A DNA stretch of 64,000 bases. It comes from Candidatus Uhrbacteria bacterium GW2011_GWC2_41_11 (GTDB taxonomy: Bacteria > Patescibacteriota > Patescibacteriia > UBA9934 > GWF2-40-263). Below the pieces are notes generated by a model that saw nothing but the letters and a program-made list of their open reading frames with translations, made no database searches and was not told where the DNA came from. Shown here in pieces: positions 22,650 through 32,979 of this stretch. The stretch covers positions 14,501 to 78,500 of the forward strand of contig LCAH01000004.1 in the NCBI GenBank assembly GCA_000996355.1. The letters are read 5' to 3'. The position numbers and the translations under genes are program-made. Every line of letters begins with the position of its first letter. Position 1 is the first letter of the stretch.

Positions 22650-22850
22650 ATGCAAGAAAACATGTTGTCATATCGTGAAGGCGGATATCTGTGCGGGTTT
22701 GGAGGATGTAAAGCGCCATGTCGACCAATTCCTATTTGGATGCCTGGGAGGATGTTTCCAAGTATGAATATGAAAAAAGAAGTACGGATAACGTTTGTTG
22801 TAGAGAATTTGATCTTTCGAACCACGCAACTGCAACGGATGTCTGCATAA
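22650..22850 (+). CDS. possible small Cys-containing protein (66 aa)
   Basis: Strong SD GAAGGAGGA 8 nt upstream of ATG 22650. A hairpin plus T-run follows at about 22855-22880. No homology recognised. Confidence 0.3.
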   Translation: MQENMLSYREGGYLCGFGGCKAPCRPIPIWMPGRMFPSMNMKKEVRITFVVENLIFRTTQLQRMSA

Positions 22851-22970
22851 CGGTCCGTCGTGCGGGAATCATCCTGCACGTTTTTTCCGAAAAAAAGCGA
22901 TCTGTTTTTATACAGACCGCTTCTCATCATCGTTTCGAATGTCTCGACGATCTCTGTAGATCGTCTTTTT

Positions 22971-24230
22971 TTATCCAATTTTTTCTTTTCCAATCCACGG
23001 TCGAAGAACTTCAGGAATGAGAACAGATCCATCTGCTTGCTGATAGTTTTCAAGAATAGCAATAAGAATGCGACCGATTGCAAATGCGGTTCCATTTAAT
23101 GCATGGGCTAATTCGTTTTTTCCATCCACAGTTTTATAACGAATGCGCAAGCGACGTGTTTGATAATCCGTTGTATTCGACGTTGAATGAGTTTCGCGAT
23201 ATTGATTTTGAGAAGGAATCCAAGTTTCGATGTCATAGGTGCGAGCAGAAGGACGTCCAATATCTCCCGAACAAAGACGAAGCACACGATAGGGAAGTTG
23301 AAGACCTTTCATGAGACGTTCCTCAAGTGAAAGAAGAAGTTCATGTTCTTCATCTGAATGTTCCGGCGTGGTAAAGCTAAACATTTCCACTTTATCAAAT
23401 TGATGCATACGCAAGATACCGCGCACATCCTTTCCATGGCTTCCGGCTTCACGTCGATAACAAGGAGAAAAACCAACATAGCGTAAAGGCAAGGATTCAA
23501 GGGGAAGAATTTCATCCATGTGCATAGGCCCAATGGATTGTTCTGATGTTCCAATAAGCACAGCATCGTCGTGTTTTAAATGATAGATCTCTTCCTCACC
23601 TCCATGCTCTAAATATCCCATGCCTGCCATGGATTTGATGCTAATAATATGAGGGGGAAGGACAGGAGTGAATTTTTCTGGAATAACAACGGACAGAATG
23701 TATTGAATGAGAGCAAATTCCATGAGTACTAAATCTCCTTTGAGATACACAAATCGACTTCCAGATACTTTTCCTGCACGTTCAATGTCGATGATCCCAA
23801 GACGTTCACCAATCGCCACATGATCTTGAATCGGAAAATCAAAAACACGCGGTTCATTTACCAAACGCAAAATTTCGTTGTCATCCGAATCCTTTCCTAT
23901 TTTGACATCTTCTCGAAGAAGATTTGGATATTTTTTTAATTCACGTTCCAAATCTGTTTCCATTTGGAGAAGTGTTTCTTCTGCTGCTCTGGCTTCTTCT
24001 TTAAGGGCGCGTCCTTCAGCGATGAGCGCATCTCTTATTTCTGCAGATGCTTGTCGGACAGTTTCTGCACTTTCGTGAATGCGACGGCGCACATCATCTA
24101 CGCGTTGAACAGCTTTTGTTCGTTCTTCTGCCAGTGTTTGAACAATATGAATATCAATGTCTGCACTGCGACGTCGATTATTTTCTTCGATAACGTCCGG
24201 ATGCTGAAGAAGGTATTTAAGATCAATCAT
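22971..24230 (-). CDS. serS: seryl-tRNA synthetase
   Basis: N-terminal coiled-coil arm (MIDLKYLLQHPD...), class II motifs, and FRRE/GSAxxxGR-type C-terminal core. Start taken at MIDLKY. Confidence 0.92.
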   Translation of the reverse strand: MIDLKYLLQHPDVIEENNRRRSADIDIHIVQTLAEERTKAVQRVDDVRRRIHESAETVRQASAEIRDALIAEGRALKEEARAAEETLLQMETDLERELKKYPNLLREDVKIGKDSDDNEILRLVNEPRVFDFPIQDHVAIGERLGIIDIERAGKVSGSRFVYLKGDLVLMEFALIQYILSVVIPEKFTPVLPPHIISIKSMAGMGYLEHGGEEEIYHLKHDDAVLIGTSEQSIGPMHMDEILPLESLPLRYVGFSPCYRREAGSHGKDVRGILRMHQFDKVEMFSFTTPEHSDEEHELLLSLEERLMKGLQLPYRVLRLCSGDIGRPSARTYDIETWIPSQNQYRETHSTSNTTDYQTRRLRIRYKTVDGKNELAHALNGTAFAIGRILIAILENYQQADGSVLIPEVLRPWIGKEKIG

Positions 24231-24685
24231 AAAATAGAGCCATGTGAGAAAAAGTGAATAATTCAACCTTTCTAATATGGAGGAAATTTACAAGAACGTC
24301 CAGATTTTCCAGAAGTGAAAATGTTATTCACAGAGTTTCGTTTGATTTTTTTGACATGTTTTTAGGTTATTTTTCTTCTATTTTTGTGATATTTTATTTG
24401 TTCGTGTCAAGAGAACATATCAAATTTTTTGGCTAATTTAAGCCAAAAAATGATTGACAAACTGCTTATTTTCTGATGAAATACCATCAGATGGATGAAA
24501 GAAATTTTGGCCATCATCCAGTTTAAAAGAACTGGATATCTTACACCATCCCTTCTGGTTCGTTCGTTTTTAAAAACTTGTTAAATATAGATTCTTGTTT
24601 TTGAAAACGCCGATTTGGCATTTTGGTTCAATGGATAAATAAGAAAAGAACTTGAGTGATAAGGGATGTTTATTACGCCTGTTTC

Positions 24686-24808
24686 GGCGGCTGACGGCTG
24701 GGGAGACGTCGGCCGCCAAAGACGGCGAATTCGTAAACCATCGGGGCCGGCGCGGAAGTACTGACGCGTCCGGTTCCGGCGGTTGACCATGGTGGTTTCC
24801 GCCTTTTT
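24686..24808 (+). promoter_or_regulatory. GC-rich structured 5' leader with terminator hairpin; candidate riboswitch/attenuator
   Basis: Hairpin 1 (24686-24717): 11-bp stem GGCGGCTGACG/CGTCGGCCGCC with a 10-nt loop. Hairpin 2 (24747-24773): CCGGCGCG/CGCG(t)CCGG. Hairpin 3 (24778-24808): GGCGG...ACCATGGT...CCGCC followed by T5. The SD GAGGTG and ATG 24830 follow. It is embedded in AT-rich intergenic DNA. Confidence 0.45.
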
Positions 24809-24829
24809 GCCTGTGCAGCGAGGTGTGAA

Positions 24830-26938
24830 ATGAAACGTTCTTTTGTTGCTTTTTGTTTCTTCATGATTCTGGAATGTTTGACTGTTTGTCATCCCATGTT
24901 CCAGACACAGGAAGAAGAAAATCTCTCCCATTCATTAAACATTTCTTCTGATCAGGGCGGCGGTGACGAATCTGTTTTGCATCTGCCTTTTGCAAAAGAC
25001 GATACGATTTTGTGTACGCAAGGAGCCTATGGTTCGTACAGCCATAATTATACGTCGACCAAGAAAGATTTAGACTTTGACACAAGCAATAGTGTTGATG
25101 AAGAAATCTACGCACCTGCAACCGGAATGGCTTATGTGCACACAGAAAGTGCAACGAGTGGTTTTGGGTACCATGTGAATATCGACTTGGGAGATGGAAC
25201 ATATGTTGTTCTCGGACACTTTAAGGAAATTTTTATTGGGAATGAATCAGAAGTTGCGGCAGGTGAACTTCTCGGATATGAGGGATGTACAGGAAGCTGT
25301 TCCGGTGACCATGTTCATATTGGTCTTCATGCCGGAGACGCGACACTTAAGGCTGAATACGGGGAATCCATTGATGTCTCGTATTATTCACAGGACACGA
25401 CGAATAAAGGAGAGTTTGAGAATATTGCAAGTATAGATTTTATTTGTGGAGTCGGAGATGAGAATGGAACAGAAGGACATTGGTATCGTTCAGCTCTTCC
25501 GGTTACTCTTTGGCATCCGAATGGAACGCTTGTCAAAACGCCAAATAGCACAGCCGTGTATCTTTTGGAAAATGGAGAAGCCAAATGGTTTGTGACCCAG
25601 GATATTTTCTGGAGTTACGAATATTCATTTAGTAACACGGTCTTAATTTCAGACGAAGAATTGAGTTGTTATGCGAGGGGAACTGACATAAACAAAGAAA
25701 CGTTTATGGATGCTGTTTCAGATCCAGATGGAAAGCTATGGTTTATTGTGGGATCTGCGACTGCTTCTGATCGATACCGTATACGAGTGAAAACCACGGC
25801 ATGGGATGCGGTTTTGGCATCCTGGGGACTTATGTATACATCCTCAGATCCTCCTCAGGTTGTTCAGAACCCGAATCCTTATTTGACGGATTGGCCTGTT
25901 GAAGACGGATATCTCCATTTTCGTGATGGTTCGATTCTCAAGGAAGAATCTCATTCGGATGTGTATGTGATATCCGATCAAGTTGCTCTTCCTGTACGAG
26001 ATTGGGAAACATATCTACTTCTTGGGTTGTATGATCTGGAAGTACTCGTTGTTCCAGACGGATCTGTTTTAAATGTACAAGAGCAGGTAGGGAGTTGTTC
26101 TTCAGGTATGTGGTGTCTGGATCGTGAGGCAGTAACGACCTGTGGTGGTGGATTAGAACTGGGAACCGGAGAAGAAGGCGGATCTGGAGACGGGGAAGTG
26201 ATAAAAGAAGAAACTCCGAGTCCATTCCCGTGCACAGATACGGATGTGGATGGATTTTGCAATACAGGAACAGACGGAGAAGATTGTTGGGATAAAAATG
26301 CATCTGTGTATCCTGGAGCGGAAGAGATATGCGGAAATGGAATTGATGAGGATTGTAGTGGAACAGATGCACTTTGTAATTCTCTCGAAATAGACACAGA
26401 CGGAGACGGAGTTTCGGACGCAAAAGACAATTGTCCATTTCACGACAATCCTGAACAGGACGACACAGATGCAGATGGGCTTGGAGATGCCTGTGACGCA
26501 GAAATATTCACCCCTGTTCCGACTTTCGTGTCGGAAGATGAAACAGAAAATGAACATGAAGAACCAAATACTGATTCCTCTGTCCTTCATGTTTCTTGGA
26601 CAGCGCCGTTTAGTGAAATCATGAATCTGATTACCATTTCAGGTGAATATCGTTTTGCAAACGGTTCGTATGGTTTTACATGGCGAGAACTTCTTTCGAC
26701 ACTGAGCGAACCATTAATCGATTATGAGATAACAGGCGTTTCTTTGGGAGACCAATTTCGTTTTTCCATTGAATTCGTAAACGAATATGCGCAAACAAGC
26801 TGGTCTTGTATTGGTCCATATCCTCCAGGATCACTTCAAGGAACGCCGGAAGCGGACGTGGACAATCTTCCACTTATGGTCGAAATGACAGATGATCCAA
26901 TATCAGACGGATGTGGATTGATCGTCGAAATTCTTTAA
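24830..26938 (+). CDS. secreted M23 (LytM-type) peptidoglycan peptidase with TSP3 and Cys-rich repeats
   Basis: Signal peptide, then the M23 catalytic motifs HVNIDLGDG and GYEGCTGSCSGDHVHIGLH. Cys-rich repeats follow (CTDTDVDGFC, DCSGTDALC), then TSP3 calcium-binding repeats (DTDGDGVSDAKDNCP, DDTDADGLGDACD). Confidence 0.8.
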   Translation: MKRSFVAFCFFMILECLTVCHPMFQTQEEENLSHSLNISSDQGGGDESVLHLPFAKDDTILCTQGAYGSYSHNYTSTKKDLDFDTSNSVDEEIYAPATGMAYVHTESATSGFGYHVNIDLGDGTYVVLGHFKEIFIGNESEVAAGELLGYEGCTGSCSGDHVHIGLHAGDATLKAEYGESIDVSYYSQDTTNKGEFENIASIDFICGVGDENGTEGHWYRSALPVTLWHPNGTLVKTPNSTAVYLLENGEAKWFVTQDIFWSYEYSFSNTVLISDEELSCYARGTDINKETFMDAVSDPDGKLWFIVGSATASDRYRIRVKTTAWDAVLASWGLMYTSSDPPQVVQNPNPYLTDWPVEDGYLHFRDGSILKEESHSDVYVISDQVALPVRDWETYLLLGLYDLEVLVVPDGSVLNVQEQVGSCSSGMWCLDREAVTTCGGGLELGTGEEGGSGDGEVIKEETPSPFPCTDTDVDGFCNTGTDGEDCWDKNASVYPGAEEICGNGIDEDCSGTDALCNSLEIDTDGDGVSDAKDNCPFHDNPEQDDTDADGLGDACDAEIFTPVPTFVSEDETENEHEEPNTDSSVLHVSWTAPFSEIMNLITISGEYRFANGSYGFTWRELLSTLSEPLIDYEITGVSLGDQFRFSIEFVNEYAQTSWSCIGPYPPGSLQGTPEADVDNLPLMVEMTDDPISDGCGLIVEIL

Positions 26939-27030
26939 ATGCAACCTCTCGTTTTTTTTCGAGAGGTTTTATCTTTTTTATTTCTCCAACGCGACGTCGC
27001 TCTGAATTGTGTGCATGTGCTATACTATTT

Positions 27031-29964
27031 ATGTCTATGAAGCGATGTCTTTTGCAGTGGGTGATCAAAGTGGATCGCCTATTTCACCGGCCAGTGAAGC
27101 CGTGGATCATTTTTGTTTTTCTTCTCATTTTTTTGGGTGGAAGTTTTTTGTTAACCCAAACAGTTTTCGCACAAACACCAGCTTCTAATACCGCAACAGC
27201 CAGCACAGGAAACACGGCAACCAAAACTGAACCAAGCATCAGTTATCCTGCTTTGATTGCATTGTATTTATCCTCGATTATTCTTTGGCTTGTCCAGGGT
27301 GTGGGTCAGCTTATTGTCCTTTTGATTGGCATTGCCGTTGTTCCACTCATGCAATACAACAATTTTGCTACTGCTCCAGTTATTGGGATGGGATGGGCAG
27401 TGATTCGGGATACGGTAAACATGTTTTTTGTCATTGTTCTGATTGTGATTGCATTTGGAACGATTCTTGGTCACCAACGATTCAAATGGCAACAACAAGT
27501 TCCGCGACTTCTTATCACAGCAATTGTTATCAATTTTAGCCGGACATTGTGTGGTCTCATGATTGATTTTAGTCAGGTCATCATGCTTACATTTGTGAAT
27601 GCACTGAAAGATATTGCCGGAGGAAATTTTGTGGAAATGTTCGGTCTGCGCCACATGTTAAATCTCAATCCAACCGCTATTATTTTTAAAGATGCAGCAG
27701 CAAGTTCTGCAGCAGCAGGCGTTCAGCCGGGAGATACATTTATTGCAGCCATTATTGCTCTTGTGATGATGCTCTGTGTACTCGTGGCTATTATTTTTCT
27801 TGCGATCATTCTTGCCTATCGGATCGTCATGCTTTGGATTTTGGTCACTATTGCTCCTCTTGCATGGTTTTTTAAAGGTGCCGAAGGGGTTATTACAACA
27901 AAGAGTAATCCATATGCGAAATGGTGGGCTCGTTTTTCATGTGTGTTACAAGTAGGACCTGTTCTTACATTTTTTCTCTGGCTTTCCCTTGCGGTTGCAG
28001 GAAGCGGCAATATTGGAGCTGAACAATTTCCGTCCTCAACCGCACCAAGTGGAGAATCAGGATTGGATGTGGGAAGTATTCTTGGCATTATGGATTCTGC
28101 ACGCATGACAAGTTTTATCATAGGTCTCGCACTTCTTTTTGCTGGATTTGATGCAGCGAAGGAAACATGTGAAGGAACTAGTGGATTTATCTCAGATCGA
28201 TTTAAACAAATGGGAGGTCTTACTCGCAAGATTGCTCAGTTTCCCGTTGGAGCAGCTGGGACTGCAGCGGCATGGACAGGTCGTCAAGCCATGCGTCCGG
28301 CACGATATGGCGCACGGAGTGTTTATGCAAATACGGTCGGTCGCGGACTTTCTGCTTTCCGAAACATGACAGCGAATCAAGCACAAAAATATGCGGGAAA
28401 GTTTTCTGGGAGTTCTGCGACTCGTCGTGCATTAGAAGGATATGCGTCTCAGCAAAAAGCGCGTCAGGCAGCAGAAACTGATTTTGCAGTTAAAGACAAG
28501 AAACCGATGAGTACAGAGTATATGTCTGCATATTTGCAAGGCGGTATTCCTCGAACGGAAGGTGCGCGCAAGGAATTTTTTGCTCGTTTGAAACAAGGAT
28601 TACAAGATGGAGATGTGCGCAAAGCTCTTGGAAATAAAGGATTGCAAAAAGTATTGAAGGAAACGATTGATCCGCGAACAGGAAAAACAGCATTGGAAAG
28701 TCTCGAAGATACCTATAAGGGCGATCCAGCATTCCAGAAACAAATGAAAGACTTGAAGGGTCGCATGCCTTCGGTTTTTGGAGTAGATGCCTTAAAAGAA
28801 ATTCGTGAAGCAAAAGATGTTCAAGATGTTGATAAATCTGAATTTGAAAGTAAAGATTTCCGCAATCATGTTTCAAAAATGGAGTATTCTTTTATGGATA
28901 AAGATGGAACACGTAAAACGCTTGAGGGTGGCATGACTGCGGCAATTCTTCAAGGGTATCTTGGGGGTAAAATAAAAGAACAATGGATTGATGGTGGAAA
29001 GAAAGTTGGAGAAGAATTGACTCCTGAGGTGTTGGCTTCCATGCCAGCAAATTTGATTGATGTGACGCAAATTAAACCGGAAATGATTACACCTACGGCA
29101 GCTGCAAATCTTTTGACAAATGGAAACGAGGCACAGGTGAAAGCCTTGGCAAACCGTGCGGATCTCAAGGAACGAATGAAGGGTGAGAATCTTAAGAAAA
29201 TTTTGCAGGAAGGATTGACAAGAGCCGGAAAAGACAAGGACAAGCGTGGAGCTTTGCGTGGAAATTTAGCCAGGCTTGGATTTGATCTAAATGAAGTGTT
29301 TGATTTCAAGGACGACCATTTTGTGGATCAATATGCACAGGATGATTTTTCTTCAGCTGTGGGAGAGGACAAGGATTTGATTTTGCGCGCAACAGAAGAT
29401 CCAACAAGTGAACTGGCAAAATTTACAGCTAGTGCGATGTCAACACATAGTGTCAGTCGTTTGCTGCGTGATTTCGAAGATATGTCAGATGATGATGTTC
29501 CAAAAAAGAAAGCGTTCAAAAAACAATTGGATGCTGTTTTTCAAGCCGTTGAATCACAAAAGGGTGTGATGGACAATCAAGCAAGAGAGGGTGAGCTTAC
29601 CAAAGCTCAAAAAGAAGAACATGGACGATTGAAAGAATTGTTAAAACAAAAACGATTGTTTGAACGAAAGGCAAAAACGTTTGCTGATCGTACACGCCCA
29701 CCATCTCCTCCTGCACCGTCTCCTTCTACTCCACCAACATTGAATCCAGAGCAACGACGTCAGAAAATAGAAACATTAATCAATCAGATCACCACACAAA
29801 AGAAAGTGGTGGATGATTCAGAACGGGCATACATGGCTATGCCTCGAGAAGAACGAGGGAAAGCAACAGGTCAGGAGGCTGAACGAAAATTAGAAGAGGC
29901 AAAACAATTTTTGAGAAGGATTGAAAGGGAATTACAAGATCTTTCCGGTCCTCCTGTAGTTTAA
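27031..29964 (+). CDS. polytopic membrane protein with long charged C-terminal domain (VirB6/TrbL-like, inferred)
   Basis: N-terminal signal sequence, then at least 6 TM helices over about 350 aa. A 600-aa Lys/Glu-rich extension ends in a Pro-rich segment (PPSPPAPSPSTPP). The role is inferred from operon position next to VirB4, not from homology. Confidence 0.45.
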   Translation: MSMKRCLLQWVIKVDRLFHRPVKPWIIFVFLLIFLGGSFLLTQTVFAQTPASNTATASTGNTATKTEPSISYPALIALYLSSIILWLVQGVGQLIVLLIGIAVVPLMQYNNFATAPVIGMGWAVIRDTVNMFFVIVLIVIAFGTILGHQRFKWQQQVPRLLITAIVINFSRTLCGLMIDFSQVIMLTFVNALKDIAGGNFVEMFGLRHMLNLNPTAIIFKDAAASSAAAGVQPGDTFIAAIIALVMMLCVLVAIIFLAIILAYRIVMLWILVTIAPLAWFFKGAEGVITTKSNPYAKWWARFSCVLQVGPVLTFFLWLSLAVAGSGNIGAEQFPSSTAPSGESGLDVGSILGIMDSARMTSFIIGLALLFAGFDAAKETCEGTSGFISDRFKQMGGLTRKIAQFPVGAAGTAAAWTGRQAMRPARYGARSVYANTVGRGLSAFRNMTANQAQKYAGKFSGSSATRRALEGYASQQKARQAAETDFAVKDKKPMSTEYMSAYLQGGIPRTEGARKEFFARLKQGLQDGDVRKALGNKGLQKVLKETIDPRTGKTALESLEDTYKGDPAFQKQMKDLKGRMPSVFGVDALKEIREAKDVQDVDKSEFESKDFRNHVSKMEYSFMDKDGTRKTLEGGMTAAILQGYLGGKIKEQWIDGGKKVGEELTPEVLASMPANLIDVTQIKPEMITPTAAANLLTNGNEAQVKALANRADLKERMKGENLKKILQEGLTRAGKDKDKRGALRGNLARLGFDLNEVFDFKDDHFVDQYAQDDFSSAVGEDKDLILRATEDPTSELAKFTASAMSTHSVSRLLRDFEDMSDDDVPKKKAFKKQLDAVFQAVESQKGVMDNQAREGELTKAQKEEHGRLKELLKQKRLFERKAKTFADRTRPPSPPAPSPSTPPTLNPEQRRQKIETLINQITTQKKVVDDSERAYMAMPREERGKATGQEAERKLEEAKQFLRRIERELQDLSGPPVV

Positions 29965-29994
29965 ATGAATGTCTTTTGAAAAAGGTCTTAGGAT

Positions 29995-31752
29995 ATGCAA
30001 GAAGAGAAATCCCGTTCCATGTCTGAACTTCCGGATGAAGTTCGAGATTTTCTTCTCGAACCTGCTCTTTTAGACTGTATTGATGAGATTCGTGAAAAAC
30101 ATGCACTCGCAGAAAATACAGAGGATGTGTTGATTGATTTTGCTGAACAAATAACACTTGGTTCTTTTTCTTTGGAATTGTTGCCACAGAAAATTTCCGC
30201 GGAATTACACATGGAAGAATCAAAAGCAAAACAAATTGCCATTGATCTTGCCGGACATCGTCTTCTTCCTATCGCTCCTTTAATAGGTGATGTTGCTCAG
30301 CAAATAGTTGTATGGGGTGGAAATCTTGAGGATTTTGCGCATATTCCAAAGGTAGAGATTCATATTTTTAGCCCAGAATATGTTGTTCGAGAGACGTTAG
30401 GTGAAGCACATCTCAATACATTAGATCCAAAATTACAGGATCGATTGGAATTTATTTTTACCTCTTATCTAAAAGGCAAGCGTAATGAGACAGAAATAAA
30501 AGAAGTTTTGATGCGTTCATCAAAAGTGGGAGGTATGGATCTTGATAGTGAAACAGCAGATCGTCTTCTTATTTTATTTCGAGATAAACAGAAATTTGCT
30601 AAGATCAATTTTCATTCCCAAGAAGAATCTTCAACATTTACACCAACTGTTTTGGTAAAGAAAACGGAAAAGCCTATCCAATTAGAAAAAAAAGAATCTT
30701 CTGTTCCTGAACCAAAAGCAAAAATGGAAGTACTTTTTGCAAAAGAAGATGAACAGGAAATTACTCGACTGACTTCTTTTGTCCAGGAAAATCTTCCTCC
30801 TGTTTCCCAACTGGATGTTTCTTTGAAAGATGCTGTTATTCAAGTGATTCGTGAAGCAAATTTGGATCTAAAAGATGAAGAAATAAAAAAACGATTTGTC
30901 TCTCTTGTGGAAGCTCGTTTGCGGGATGTACGGGATCCGTATGAGACACGTTCTCAGTTAGAATATCCTTCGGAAAAAGGCGGGCTTGGTTTGTCTGGTC
31001 TCACACTGGTTCGAACTCTTGAGTGTATTGAACGTATTTTTGGGGAACGTCAGAATCTTCTTAAAGACCAAGTAAACAAACAGAAAGCCGTCATGGTAGA
31101 ACAAAAGAAACAAGAGGAAGCAGAACGAGAATCATTAGCACGAAAAGAAGCTTCGACACTCACAAAACGATATATAGAGATGACAGGAAAAATACCAACG
31201 GAATCAATTCAACCTGCCTCTGTATCAGGAACAAGAGTGACAACAGCCATGTCTTTACAAGAAGCAGCTATAAGAAGGGAAGAGAAAATTGACAAGCAAA
31301 AAGTAAAAGAGGCATTCACATCAGCAAAGCCAGTTGCACCAGTTATTGTGCCACGTCTTTCTCAAGGGAGTATTTCTTCTGTATCTACTCCGCGGCCTCA
31401 GGTGGAAGATATTAAATTTGTTCGGAAATTATCAGGACCACTTGAGGAACTTGAACAGATGACATTAACCGAATTTCGTCGGCTGTCCCGCGATCCAAAA
31501 GAAGCAGTCTTGAAATTAAAAGACAAAATTGACTTATTGGAAGAACAAGGATACGAAAAAAAGATTCATGGGATCAAGGCGTGGCGTGAATCTCCTCTGA
31601 ATCGGTTGTATCTTGAACTGTTTCAAGAAGCACTTCGTCGAGGTCGCCCACTTCAGGAGATTGCAGATGAACGCCGTACAGCGAATCAGAATATGTTAAC
31701 AGCCGGAGAGATCGATGTCTTGGTGGATTTGAATGCCTATGTACGATTTTGA
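29995..31752 (+). CDS. hypothetical protein (585 aa) in T4SS-like cluster
   Basis: Soluble, with a charged coiled-coil centre and no NTPase motifs. Short spacings to neighbours imply co-transcription. Confidence 0.5.
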   Translation: MQEEKSRSMSELPDEVRDFLLEPALLDCIDEIREKHALAENTEDVLIDFAEQITLGSFSLELLPQKISAELHMEESKAKQIAIDLAGHRLLPIAPLIGDVAQQIVVWGGNLEDFAHIPKVEIHIFSPEYVVRETLGEAHLNTLDPKLQDRLEFIFTSYLKGKRNETEIKEVLMRSSKVGGMDLDSETADRLLILFRDKQKFAKINFHSQEESSTFTPTVLVKKTEKPIQLEKKESSVPEPKAKMEVLFAKEDEQEITRLTSFVQENLPPVSQLDVSLKDAVIQVIREANLDLKDEEIKKRFVSLVEARLRDVRDPYETRSQLEYPSEKGGLGLSGLTLVRTLECIERIFGERQNLLKDQVNKQKAVMVEQKKQEEAERESLARKEASTLTKRYIEMTGKIPTESIQPASVSGTRVTTAMSLQEAAIRREEKIDKQKVKEAFTSAKPVAPVIVPRLSQGSISSVSTPRPQVEDIKFVRKLSGPLEELEQMTLTEFRRLSRDPKEAVLKLKDKIDLLEEQGYEKKIHGIKAWRESPLNRLYLELFQEALRRGRPLQEIADERRTANQNMLTAGEIDVLVDLNAYVRF

Positions 31753-31844
31753 CAGCAGAATTTTTCTAGAATGAAGATTTAGATGAAAAAAATTCTGCAT
31801 GAGACTGACGTGTGTAGATATGATAGAATATTTAGAACCAAAGT

Positions 31845-32282
31845 ATGCCGGATCAATATGTTGTCCCGCAATTTATCGAGGTGGAAGATAAGATTCTCGG
31901 TCCTCTTTCCGTGCGTCAGTTTTTGATTTTACTTGTTGGATTCATGATGGATGTTATTTTATATAAACTGTTGAGTTTCGTGGTTTTCCTTTTAGTGGCT
32001 ATTCCTATCATTGTATTTGTCGGTGTCCTTGCTCTTACGAAGGTGAACGGCATGCCGTTTCATTTTTTTCTTCTGAATATCATTCAGTCATTTCGCAAAC
32101 CTAAGTTACGCATTTGGGATAAACAACTTACCGATGAGGAATTACGTCTTCATCTTGGAGAAGCAGCCCCTGTTGTTCTTTCTCCTTTTATTCGCAAAGC
32201 ACCTATGACGACTTCGCGACTTCAGGAATTAACGCTTGTCGTGAACACAGGAGGAGTGTATCGACCTGAAGACGAAGATTAG
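31845..32282 (+). CDS. small two-TM protein, PrgI/TcpE (VirB3-like) family candidate
   Basis: 145 aa with the N-terminal pattern IEVEDKILGPLSVRQFLILLVG followed by two TM helices. It sits directly upstream of the VirB4 homologue, as in Gram-positive T4SS loci. Confidence 0.5.
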   Translation: MPDQYVVPQFIEVEDKILGPLSVRQFLILLVGFMMDVILYKLLSFVVFLLVAIPIIVFVGVLALTKVNGMPFHFFLLNIIQSFRKPKLRIWDKQLTDEELRLHLGEAAPVVLSPFIRKAPMTTSRLQELTLVVNTGGVYRPEDED

Positions 32283-32292
32283 TATCGAAGAT

Positions 32293-32973
32293 ATGGAAAG
32301 CAAGACATTAGCAAAACCAAAACCAGGTCCCGCAACCCAGCGATATCTTGATATTGCAGAAATTCGCGATGATGTTGTGATTTTAAAAGATGGAACATTA
32401 CGTGCTGTTTTGTTAGCTGCGAGCATAAATTTTGCCTTGAAATCTGTTGATGAACAAGAAGCGATTGTTCAGGCATATACGGCTTTTTTGAATGGATTGG
32501 AATATCCGATCCAAATTGTCATTCAGTCGCGGAAAATGAATATTGACCCGTATCTCGAGGAACTTGGAGAACAGGAAAAGAAGACAGAAAATGAATTGTT
32601 ACGCGTACAAATTGCTGATTACCGGACATTTGTCCAAGAACTTGTTCAGCTTGGAGAAATCATGCAGAAAAAGTTTTATGTGATCGTTCCATTTGATCCA
32701 GGCACAGATAAGCGAAAAAATTTTTGGACGCGATTTTCCGGAGCGGTTTCTCCTGCGCTGGGAATTCGATTGAAGGAAACACAATTTCGAGAGCGGCGGG
32801 AAGAGCTTTTGAAACGAGTAGAAAATATTCGTTCTCAATTAAATAGTATGAGTGTGACCGGGGTGTTGCTTGATACACAAAGTCTGATTGAACTGTATTA
32901 TACTTGTTACAATCCTGATGTCTTCGAAACAGAAAAATTATCAGATCTGTCTAAAGTCCGTTACGAAACGTAA
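32293..32973 (+). CDS. VirB4-family N-terminal domain (in frame with the downstream ATPase ORF)
   Basis: DIAEIRDDVVILKDGTLRAVLLAASINFALKSVDEQEAI...YPIQIVIQS matches the N-terminal domain of Gram-positive VirB4 (TcpF/PrgJ-like) ATPases. It ends at a single TAA, 6 nt before the next ORF, in the same frame. Confidence 0.6.
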   Translation: MESKTLAKPKPGPATQRYLDIAEIRDDVVILKDGTLRAVLLAASINFALKSVDEQEAIVQAYTAFLNGLEYPIQIVIQSRKMNIDPYLEELGEQEKKTENELLRVQIADYRTFVQELVQLGEIMQKKFYVIVPFDPGTDKRKNFWTRFSGAVSPALGIRLKETQFRERREELLKRVENIRSQLNSMSVTGVLLDTQSLIELYYTCYNPDVFETEKLSDLSKVRYET

Positions 32974-32979
32974 TATATT

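Noticed and set aside
22556-23095. 179-aa minus-strand ORF overlapping the 3' end of serS.
   Set aside because: It overlaps serS in another frame and its translation is low-complexity. The region downstream of serS is better explained by the small RBS-bearing + strand ORF at 22650.
24686-24808. Possibility that the GC-rich element is SRP RNA, tmRNA, 6S RNA or RNase P RNA.
   Set aside because: It is too short for RNase P or tmRNA and has no tag-reading frame. It is three separate hairpins rather than the single long helix of 4.5S/SRP RNA, and it lacks the domain IV GGAA-tetraloop context. Its last hairpin is a terminator directly before an SD and ATG, which fits a cis-acting leader.
24581-24931. 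116-aa minus-strand ORF spanning the GC-rich leader and the start of the M23 gene.
   Set aside because: It overlaps a structured non-coding element and the 5' end of a well-supported + gene. Its translation is Arg/Pro-rich junk typical of GC-rich antisense.
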